Part shown: positions 25,573-32,294 of the stretch, one piece after another
Layout of the letters: each line of letters begins with the position of its first letter
How positions within the stretch are numbered: the stretch's first letter is position 1
IMG/VR virus record: IMGVR_UViG_3300032216_000376
Coordinates: 1-33,008 of that record
From: a virus
Lineage: Duplodnaviria; Caudoviricetes
Direction: 5' to 3' (one strand)
DNA: 33,008 nt
Notes under the pieces: model-generated
Told to the model about the DNA's origin: nothing
The model's database searches: none
The model's input: the letters and a program-made list of their open reading frames with translations, nothing else
Position numbers and translations under genes: made by a program

Positions 25573-27364
25573 ATCCCGCCTCACAGTTTAAAGGTAACTC
25601 TTGTGCCCACTTGGGGCGTAGCCGCATACATAACTCTACGTATTCCACAGCAGTCGCAACTTCCTGCTCCGGGACAATTAGCGCAATCGCATCATGCACT
25701 GTCATTACTACTTTATATTTCTTAGCAACCATGAGCATTTGCTCACCGATGATGATTCGGGCTAGTGCTTGGCAGACGTTCTCGATTAACTTACCGCCGT
25801 AGATTCGATTGGGTATGACTTGTTTGCCCTTTTTGGTGTCGTACACAATTTCAGCTTTGCCCTCTTCGCTCTCGTACAAACGCAAGTTGGGGTAGCGAAT
25901 ATATAACCCGTTTGGTAAGCGAATACCATCCTCGCCCTCAATCTGCAATACACCATCTCGGCCTAGCGTCGTGTGTTGCTTCTGAAGTATGGCTTTGAGC
26001 GCAGTGCCCGCATCTTTCCATAGTTGAGTAATTTTCGGATATGTATTTCGGTACGTATTGATAATTCGCTGTGCCTCTTCAATCTCAACTTCAACACCAA
26101 AATTTTTAAGTTGCGCTTGAAACTTTGTCGCCCCCATGCCGTAGCCTGCTCCAAGAATCGTCGTTTTACCGACAAAGCGCTCGTCCTTTGTAATCTCTTC
26201 GATTCTCTTGCCATAAATAGCCGATGCCATGATCTTGTATACGTCTTCACCATCTTCAAATGCCTTTACTAAGTCGTCTTGCCCCGCTAACCATGCCAAT
26301 GTGCGGGCTTCAATCTGTGATGAGTCTGAGTCAATCATCATGTAGCCTTGTGGGGCTCTGATCGCCCTCTTAAGCATTGACCCCCTCGGTAAGTTTTGTA
26401 GGTTTAGTTTGTCGTCTCCACCCCATCGTCCAGTATGCGCCGCGTAATATCTAAGCGGGACGGGCATTGTGCCTCTGTTAGCAATACCAATGAATCGCTC
26501 TGTCCGTGTCTCTTCAATCGTAGACTTCATACCCAACCGCGCTGTGGCTAATGTTTGTACAACTGGGTTTATATGGTCAAGTAACTCTTTGAACCCTTCG
26601 TCTGTCTTAGCAAAGGCATAGGTTTCTTTGCCTGTAGTGGGGCTCTTCTTCATCGGGGGCACAACGCCATTCGCAAAAAGTAACTGAGCAAACTTGGGGT
26701 TGCTCATCAAGTCTTCTTTCTCGTAATGGGCAAGTAGTTTTATCTTTGTGGACTGAATCAGGAGTAGGTGCTCATCAAGCAAGTCCCCATCCAACTCGAG
26801 CGTAGGTTCAGTGAACATACGGATGGTTAGGTCAATTAAACGTAACTCCGCTGCGGGGAAGTCGTTACTCATAAGCAAGAATATGGAGTAGGTAAGCTTA
26901 ACGTCGTTCTTGCAATACTCCCCATAAGTGGCTAGATGCGTAGGAGTAAAGTCCTCACGGCGCAGGCCCTTGGCATCCTCTACCTCTGTGCCCTTTATGC
27001 CAACATCGTAGTGCGTAGCTAATACTTTGAGGCTACCGCCCACCTCAGTACCGTGCAATGCACGCCCCATCGAGAGAGTGTCAAGCCAACCCTTGGGTTT
27101 GATGCCGTAGACCCAGTTCAAAATTGCCCCATCGAACATTGCGTTGTGGGCTAGGGCAAGAGAATTGTCCCAATCAAATTGGTCTAGGAACTGGTGCATG
27201 TCCTCACGGCTTCCGCTAAACCATGCTGGTTCACCATCGTTTACTTGTATTGAAACACCGATAACTTCAAAGCGCTGATCCCGCACATACTCCTCAGTGG
27301 TCTGCTTGGCGAAACCTAGGTCGGCAGAGTAGTAGGTTTCAAAGTCGATTGTGAGGATGTTCAT
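25547..27364 (-). CDS. polA: Family A DNA polymerase with 3'-5' exonuclease
   Basis: ExoI IDFETY, ExoII HNAMFD, ExoIII YCKNDV; TGRW..NLQNLPR; motif A DSSQIEAR; motif B RFVGKTTILGAGYG; motif C VHDA. Confidence 0.95.
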   Translation of the reverse strand: MNILTIDFETYYSADLGFAKQTTEEYVRDQRFEVIGVSIQVNDGEPAWFSGSREDMHQFLDQFDWDNSLALAHNAMFDGAILNWVYGIKPKGWLDTLSMGRALHGTEVGGSLKVLATHYDVGIKGTEVEDAKGLRREDFTPTHLATYGEYCKNDVKLTYSIFLLMSNDFPAAELRLIDLTIRMFTEPTLELDGDLLDEHLLLIQSTKIKLLAHYEKEDLMSNPKFAQLLFANGVVPPMKKSPTTGKETYAFAKTDEGFKELLDHINPVVQTLATARLGMKSTIEETRTERFIGIANRGTMPVPLRYYAAHTGRWGGDDKLNLQNLPRGSMLKRAIRAPQGYMMIDSDSSQIEARTLAWLAGQDDLVKAFEDGEDVYKIMASAIYGKRIEEITKDERFVGKTTILGAGYGMGATKFQAQLKNFGVEVEIEEAQRIINTYRNTYPKITQLWKDAGTALKAILQKQHTTLGRDGVLQIEGEDGIRLPNGLYIRYPNLRLYESEEGKAEIVYDTKKGKQVIPNRIYGGKLIENVCQALARIIIGEQMLMVAKKYKVVMTVHDAIALIVPEQEVATAVEYVELCMRLRPKWAQELPLNCEAGYGKSYGEC

Positions 27365-27756
27365 TTATGCCCACCTGCTTTGCGCCATGCTTCTGCTTGC
27401 TGTGCGAGGTGTGCCCCTGTCCCACTTAGTGTCCCTGTTTTGTTCAAATGCGTAATGCCGTATTTGTATCTGCCGTCCTTGCCTATTGGGGGTTGCAATA
27501 GTTGTGGGTCGAGTGACTCTTCCAACTCAGGTAGCACTGCTTTCATAGCCCTATGCGTAATCTCTAAGCGACGCACCTTCTTGAGTGCGCTGTGCACGGC
27601 TACCTTTTCTTCTTCGGTTAGCACCTCACGCACTTCTGCTTTGTATAGCCAACTCCACTTGCCGTCAGGCGTGGGCTCAAAGAATTCCTCGGGGTTGCTC
27701 TCCATCCGTGCTATGGCTATCTTTACGCCGTCGTTAAACTCTTCGTTCATGCTCAC
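27361..27756 (-). CDS. Hypothetical protein
   Basis: 131 aa, overlapping both neighbours by 4 nt. Confidence 0.75.
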   Translation of the reverse strand: MSMNEEFNDGVKIAIARMESNPEEFFEPTPDGKWSWLYKAEVREVLTEEEKVAVHSALKKVRRLEITHRAMKAVLPELEESLDPQLLQPPIGKDGRYKYGITHLNKTGTLSGTGAHLAQQAEAWRKAGGHK

Positions 27757-28061
27757 ATCCTGCCTTCCATGTTGTTTAGTATTGCTTCCAGAATCTTGTT
27801 CTCTAGGGATTCTTCGTTAATCACAAGCGTCCAACCGCCAGCTTTGTCGATTTCTCGTAGGTTCTTTTCTTGTAGAGCAGTAGGTACACCCTTACCCGCC
27901 TTGGCTTCGATGCCTAAGAAGCATCCGTCGTGACACACAAGGAAGTCGGGCACACCGCTATTGCCTAACCCTGTGCCAATCGGCATAGCGTAGTAAGCCC
28001 CGTGTGCTTTAAGGATTGCTTTGATTTTGGCCTTGACCTTGGCCTCAGGAGTTTGTGCCAT
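27753..28061 (-). CDS. VRR-NUC domain nuclease (Holliday junction resolvase-like)
   Basis: PEAKVK..GVPDFLVC..FLGIEAKAGKG..TALQ is the PD-ExK pattern. Confidence 0.88.
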   Translation of the reverse strand: MAQTPEAKVKAKIKAILKAHGAYYAMPIGTGLGNSGVPDFLVCHDGCFLGIEAKAGKGVPTALQEKNLREIDKAGGWTLVINEESLENKILEAILNNMEGRM

Positions 28062-28090
28062 CTAACCCTCGAATTTGTTTTCAAGCGGTC

Positions 28091-28119
28091 AGTCTAACAC
28101 AGTGATTTGACTTTGTCAA
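28091..28119 (-). promoter_or_regulatory. Sigma70-type promoter with palindromic operator over the -35
   Basis: Minus strand TTGACA-17 nt-TAGACT with a TG extension. TTGAC-AAA-GTCAA at 28107-28119. Confidence 0.8.
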
Positions 28120-28130
28120 CTACGGACAAT

Positions 28131-28153
28131 AAAAAAGCCACCGATAGGTGGCT
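28131..28153 (-). terminator. Intrinsic terminator
   Basis: Minus strand reads AGCCACC-TATC-GGTGGCT-TTTTT. Confidence 0.88.
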
Positions 28154-28161
28154 AGGATATA

Positions 28162-28178
28162 CCCTAACAATGTTAGGG
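28162..28178. promoter_or_regulatory. 17-bp palindrome CCCTAACAATGTTAGGG (operator-like)
   Basis: Perfect 8-1-8 inverted repeat. The core recurs at 32387-32399, and at 31401-31413 with one mismatch. Confidence 0.55.
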
Positions 28179-28316
28179 GGGTTGGGGGGTTGATAGATTA
28201 CGTGCCCCCCGTCACGCTAAAGGTTCAAGCAGAGTGAAATCTCAAGGGGGACTCTGCTTGAGAAAGACACCGTCACATCTATCGGCTAGGTCATCCTCCA
28301 ATTTATGATACCCCCT
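28175..28316. ncRNA. Candidate structured RNA / attenuator
   Basis: Nested inverted repeats: 28225-28235/28251-28261 (11 bp perfect), 28192-28198/28277-28283, 28182-28190/28293-28301 (with G-U on the + strand) and 28175-28180/28311-28316. Confidence 0.45.
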
Positions 28317-28320
28317 TAGA

Positions 28321-28842
28321 TTAGTTCAGCTTTTCAATCGCACGATTGAGATACCACTGTGCCTTCTTCAAGTCTTCCAACTTGTTGCCCTTGTGGTCGG
28401 CTCTTGTTATGTATTTCACAACATTGCCAAGGTGATAGTCTAAGCCTTTCGCCTCGATGAAGTCGATAGTCTCTATTCCGCCTGCTTTGTAATGCGGAGG
28501 ATGATTGACCATGTCGGTGTGATGTGTTTCAACGATGCGTTCCATGCGTTCCTTTGCTATGGCTTGACCCATTCTGAACGCTAGTTCGGCCGAACTCTGC
28601 ATACGCTTTTTAGGTTTCGTGTGTTGATGCACTAACTCTTTCATGCGCTCGGGTGTTATCTGCGTGACTGTATCTACTGCGGTAGGTATCTTGGCATCAC
28701 CCTTCATTTTGTGGACTACCTGATGCACATACTGCGGTATCAGCTTCAGTGCGTCTGCTACCTCTCGTGCTTTCGCAGTCGGGTGCTTAGCAATGTAGGC
28801 ACGGATTTGTTGTGACTTGTTTGGTTTTGTGGCTGTAGCCAT
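28321..28842 (-). CDS. HTH-like N-terminus fused to a DUF3310 (T7 gp1.7 / SaV-like) domain
   Basis: C-terminus DMVNHPPHY..GGIETIDFI..GNVVKYITRADHKG..EDLKKAQWYL; N-terminus KSQQIRAYIAKHPTAKAREVADALK..QYVHQV. Confidence 0.85.
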   Translation of the reverse strand: MATATKPNKSQQIRAYIAKHPTAKAREVADALKLIPQYVHQVVHKMKGDAKIPTAVDTVTQITPERMKELVHQHTKPKKRMQSSAELAFRMGQAIAKERMERIVETHHTDMVNHPPHYKAGGIETIDFIEAKGLDYHLGNVVKYITRADHKGNKLEDLKKAQWYLNRAIEKLN

Positions 28843-28843
28843 G

Positions 28844-28858
28844 TGTTAACTCCTGTTG
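28844..28858 (-). repeat. 15-bp direct repeat (copy 2) spanning stop codon + RBS
   Basis: Identical to 23359-23373. Confidence 0.85.
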
Positions 28859-29049
28859 GTTTGTTGTTTAACGAATTCAGTAAGAACTTCTCTCATCTTG
28901 GCTTGCTTTGTATACGCATAGTTTGTGTTGAAGTAATCCATCACATCCTTTGGTAGACGCAAGCTCGTGCAATAGAGTGCGGGCTTCTTACCAAGACCCC
29001 TACCCTTGCGTTTTGTTATTGGTTTTAACTCTTCAATTCCTGTTGTCAT
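28846..29049 (-). CDS. Ribbon-helix-helix protein, BrnA-antitoxin-like
   Basis: KGRG..KKP....SLRLPKDVMDYF....QAKMREVL resembles the BrnA C-terminal RHH. Confidence 0.6.
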   Translation of the reverse strand: MTTGIEELKPITKRKGRGLGKKPALYCTSLRLPKDVMDYFNTNYAYTKQAKMREVLTEFVKQQTNRS

Positions 29050-29234
29050 AGCAGTGCATCCTTAAAATCATTCTTAATAAATCTTCGCTTTACTTTTTCT
29101 AACACTTTTGGGTCGGCTCGCTCGAATGGATTCCAGTCGTTTTTTATTATTAGCGAGATGGTTTCGTCTCTCTTCGTCGATTTCCTCTTGCGGGATAGCG
29201 ACTTCTTTGGTTGTAAATCTATGTTCGTTTGCAC
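29046..29234 (-). CDS. 62-aa basic hypothetical protein overlapping the Zn-ribbon gene
   Basis: GTG at 29234 with AAGGAG 5 nt upstream. Its stop forms an ATGA overlap with the gene at 29049. Confidence 0.55.
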   Translation of the reverse strand: MQTNIDLQPKKSLSRKRKSTKRDETISLIIKNDWNPFERADPKVLEKVKRRFIKNDFKDALL

Positions 29235-29319
29235 ATTCTCTCCTTCGTATGTGCCCAAATGTGGGCGATGTTGTTGTTTGCTTTACTAGTGTCCATGCAC
29301 CGCATGTCGGGCACTTCAT
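29074..29319 (-). CDS. Zinc-ribbon protein, NrdR N-terminal-like
   Basis: MKCPTCG....V..T....IRRRECANEHRFTTKE. No ATP-cone domain. Confidence 0.75.
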   Translation of the reverse strand: MKCPTCGAWTLVKQTTTSPTFGHIRRRECANEHRFTTKEVAIPQEEIDEERRNHLANNKKRLESIRASRPKSVRKSKAKIY

Positions 29320-29762
29320 CTCCTTCTTATCCTCACTGCGCCCTTAGTCACTCCCCAATCTGTCGCTTGGTTTCTAACTGAGCGTTGCAAGGAATTCATA
29401 GCCATTCGCTTTCTGTTGGTCAAGGTTCTATTTCTCTCGTTGTTCATCTCTTTGTCGGGATTAGTGGCTTGCTCGGTTGTTGTGTATTTAGAGGTTTGCA
29501 ACTTCTTTAGTAGGGCTACATCATGCTCAGGTGCGTAGTCCCACAGTCGTCTGCTTATCTTCTCTAAATGTTGTGCAACATACGGACGCACTCGTATTTT
29601 TAGGGGGACGCCTTCTAGAGGGGTGCGCAGTAGTGGTTCTTCTCTACCAAACACTAAACGCCCCGTAATGCTTTTAAACATTTGCAATGCGTCCAAAAAG
29701 CATCCATCATTGCGCCATGTCTTTATCAGACACGCATCCCAGTATTCTTGGTCGGTGCTCAT
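29316..29762 (-). CDS. Hypothetical protein
   Basis: Start taken at 29762 (MSTDQEYWDACLIKTW), with ATGA overlaps at both ends. Confidence 0.75.
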   Translation of the reverse strand: MSTDQEYWDACLIKTWRNDGCFLDALQMFKSITGRLVFGREEPLLRTPLEGVPLKIRVRPYVAQHLEKISRRLWDYAPEHDVALLKKLQTSKYTTTEQATNPDKEMNNERNRTLTNRKRMAMNSLQRSVRNQATDWGVTKGAVRIRRR

Positions 29763-30004
29763 TCCATACCCCTCAAGCCTTCCATCGCAGACCAAAAATC
29801 TTTAATAACTTCTTTTGCGCCATCTATATCATCAACGCCAATCTGTTGAACTACCTCTACCGCACATTCAACTACTTCGGTCAGGTGTTCATACGCCTTA
29901 CTCCCATAGTCAAACCCTAACTCGTATGCGTTTGTCATAGCAGTCACAGTGTTCTCATCACAATTAACGCTACGCAGTAGCGTAATCATTTCATCTTTTT
30001 TCAT
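29759..30004 (-). CDS. Hypothetical protein
   Basis: 81 aa, ATGA overlaps. Confidence 0.75.
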   Translation of the reverse strand: MKKDEMITLLRSVNCDENTVTAMTNAYELGFDYGSKAYEHLTEVVECAVEVVQQIGVDDIDGAKEVIKDFWSAMEGLRGME

Positions 30005-30351
30005 TTCTCTAGTCCTTTCATAAGCATCACCACCGCAATCTCCTCCGACAACGGCTTCGTCTCGTCAATGATGTAGTGCTCGACTACAAAGTCTCTGTCC
30101 CCGTGTTTGTTTACTTTGCTAGTTGCAACCTCTAACAGTCTGCCGTTCAATGCGCTCATCATGCCAACTCGCACTTGTGGCTCTACCTTGCCGTAACTAC
30201 TACTGGGGGTTATTTGTGGAGACTGATACATTAACTTCTCTCGTATCTCGTTGTTTCTGTTGCTCTTGCGCTTCTCCACGAACCCTACGACAAAACTACC
30301 CACTACCCAACTTACTGCGCTTATACCTGCGCCCCAAAAAAAGTCATTCAT
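30001..30351 (-). CDS. Hypothetical protein with N-terminal membrane anchor
   Basis: Hydrophobic FFWGAGISAVSWVVGSFVVGFV followed by basic KRK; SD GGAGG. Confidence 0.75.
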   Translation of the reverse strand: MNDFFWGAGISAVSWVVGSFVVGFVEKRKSNRNNEIREKLMYQSPQITPSSSYGKVEPQVRVGMMSALNGRLLEVATSKVNKHGDRDFVVEHYIIDETKPLSEEIAVVMLMKGLEK

Positions 30352-30452
30352 AAATCCTCCCTACAAAGCATCACGATTGCTACTGCAACTATTACTACTA
30401 CGACACCTCCAAGGCACATCAACATGACTGCCCATGCGATTGTTTCTAGCAT
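30348..30452 (-). CDS. 34-aa single-pass membrane peptide
   Basis: Translated by hand: MLETIAWAVMLMCLGGVVVVIVAVAIVMLCREDL. SD AAGGAGG upstream; ATGA overlap downstream. Confidence 0.7.
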   Translation of the reverse strand: MLETIAWAVMLMCLGGVVVVIVAVAIVMLCREDL

Positions 30453-31240
30453 TTGTTAGCCTCCTTTGCTTCATAACTGTGATGTATATATCCAAACTCG
30501 ATTCGCCCAACCATCATTTCTTTTATCCACACCTTACGCCCATCCATGTAGTGACGATAGTGACCCCGTCGCTTGTGTCTACGCGGACTAGCATGTGTGC
30601 CATGTGATGTTGTGGGCTCTGCATCTTCTACCTTAGCGGTTACGTCTATCACCCTCCATTCGAAAATGGGGCGTTTGCCTTTGCGTATACGCTTAGCATT
30701 GGATGCGGATGGTCTAGGTCTATACGCCTTTACATATTTCTCCTTATCCATAACTCGACGCATATACTCTATATACTGTTGGGTAATCATCGCCCCCCAA
30801 GATATTGCAAGAAACTCAGTAGCATTTTCATACTTAGAAAGAACTTCCTTAGTAACCAAGTTCTGCTCTAGCATCGCTTTCACAATATTTTCGGGACTGC
30901 GTTGACCCTGTGGCATAAAGAATGTTTTACCACCTTTAGTTAGTAGGCTACCTATATCTCCATGCTTTGTGCGTAATACCGCAACTATGGAATCCACTTC
31001 CCTTTGTATAGTTAGACCAAGCACTGTATCGTCAGATGTTGTGCGCACAAAACCTACGCTCTCAAAAGGTAGCATTACTTCACTAGGCTCTGAACCTAAC
31101 AACTCGGGCACAGTATCCGCAACTCTGTTGAATTCTTCGTCGCTCATCCAATCGAACTTACCCAAGTCAATCCATGTGTAGTCCATCACTGAACCCATAC
31201 TGAATTTGGCTTTCATCATCTCGAGAATGTTCGGAGTCAT
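30446..31240 (-). CDS. Conserved phage protein with C-terminal HxRRGHxR motif
   Basis: KRIRKGKRPIFEW..GTHASPRRHKRRGHYRH..GRKVWIK. Start taken at 31240 (TAATG overlap). Confidence 0.75.
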   Translation of the reverse strand: MTPNILEMMKAKFSMGSVMDYTWIDLGKFDWMSDEEFNRVADTVPELLGSEPSEVMLPFESVGFVRTTSDDTVLGLTIQREVDSIVAVLRTKHGDIGSLLTKGGKTFFMPQGQRSPENIVKAMLEQNLVTKEVLSKYENATEFLAISWGAMITQQYIEYMRRVMDKEKYVKAYRPRPSASNAKRIRKGKRPIFEWRVIDVTAKVEDAEPTTSHGTHASPRRHKRRGHYRHYMDGRKVWIKEMMVGRIEFGYIHHSYEAKEANKC

Positions 31241-31407
31241 TACATGTATCTCCATAAGAACACTGACACCATACCGATTACCGCTATCAGCGCAAGCAAT
31301 ACCGAGAAGTCGCTGTGCCCTTTGTAGGGGCCCTCAATCGTTAGGTATGGCTCAGTAGTCCTAAGCGTTCGTGAATAGATTTCTGTTGTGTGGTTGTTGT
31401 CTAACAT
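31240..31407 (-). CDS. 55-aa protein with C-terminal membrane anchor
   Basis: MLDNNHTTEIYSRTLR..IEGPY..VLLALIAVIGMVSVFLWRYM. The ATG at 31407 directly follows the upstream stop. Confidence 0.7.
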   Translation of the reverse strand: MLDNNHTTEIYSRTLRTTEPYLTIEGPYKGHSDFSVLLALIAVIGMVSVFLWRYM

Positions 31408-31409
31408 TG

Positions 31410-32276
31410 TTATGCCCCTTCTGTTAATACTACAAAGATTTCGTCGTTGATACGACACCCTATGTCCGATACAAAGTGCTCGGCTTCAACTAACTTCAAC
31501 ATACCTAGCTTTCCTCGCATCTCTACGGGGAGCGTATTATCATCGTAAAGTTGCACATCTTGTCCAATCTTTACCAAGTATTTACCCTCATCCTTGATGA
31601 CAAGTGCGGCTTTGTTATCACCAAACCTTTCACGGATTGATTCGATAGTCAACATGTCATCTCTGAACTTCTTGGTCTGCTCCATCTTCTTTAGCATGGG
31701 CTTCTTTTCTGCTTCAGGTAGTCCGTTTACATGCGCTAAGAACAAGTGAAAGCCACTACCCATAATAAATTCTTGCGCGGAGTTCTGCGTATCCCTCTCG
31801 GAGTAGCGATGCTCTCTACTTTTCTCGTGCGCTTGGTTGTTCATCACTTGCTTCGCCTTGTCATACGCCTTATCTATACGCTCGTTGGGCTTGAGACGAA
31901 AGAACATCTTCTTCGCCATGAGCACCGCCTTGTCCACATCTCCTGTGCGGTATGACTCTGTGCGTTCTCTCTTATCACTAATGCGGTCGTTGGTAAGCGA
32001 TAGTTTGAAGTCACCTCGGTAATACTGTCTACCAATCTTGCCAATAGTCTCACCACTATCAATCACACTGAACCCCACGGGCTTGTGATGACCTTGCGTA
32101 TCAGTAACGACGAACCGCCACAATGGATTCGCCATCGCTAGATTCATTACCAGTCTGCACATATCCGTAGGCGGGTCACCTATCGACTCCTGACCCAACT
32201 TCTTAGATACATCGGGATGCAACTCTACATTGCTCAATGCAAATAGATTCATACTAACTCCTTGTGATTCACTCAT
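31410..32276 (-). CDS. Conserved hypothetical phage early protein
   Basis: 288 aa with C-terminal LP..MRGKLGMLKLVE....SDIGCR. Two in-frame starts have SD sites (32276 and 32252). Confidence 0.8.
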   Translation of the reverse strand: MSESQGVSMNLFALSNVELHPDVSKKLGQESIGDPPTDMCRLVMNLAMANPLWRFVVTDTQGHHKPVGFSVIDSGETIGKIGRQYYRGDFKLSLTNDRISDKRERTESYRTGDVDKAVLMAKKMFFRLKPNERIDKAYDKAKQVMNNQAHEKSREHRYSERDTQNSAQEFIMGSGFHLFLAHVNGLPEAEKKPMLKKMEQTKKFRDDMLTIESIRERFGDNKAALVIKDEGKYLVKIGQDVQLYDDNTLPVEMRGKLGMLKLVEAEHFVSDIGCRINDEIFVVLTEGA

Positions 32277-32294
32277 ATCATTTCCTTTGTTTAA

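Noticed and set aside
16890-27364. Inteins or introns in the polymerase, helicases or primase
   Set aside because: The proteins are of normal length with contiguous motifs, and no intein splice-junction motifs or frame breaks were seen.
28175-28316. tRNA or hammerhead ribozyme in the structured intergenic region
   Set aside because: I found no cloverleaf or T-loop GTTCRA in context, and no CUGANGA core on either strand.
29139-29145. A AAA AAC slippery heptamer linking the two overlapping ORFs
   Set aside because: A -1 shift here would move from the downstream ORF's frame into the Zn-ribbon frame, not fuse the ribbon to the downstream ORF. An independent SD+GTG explains the second ORF.
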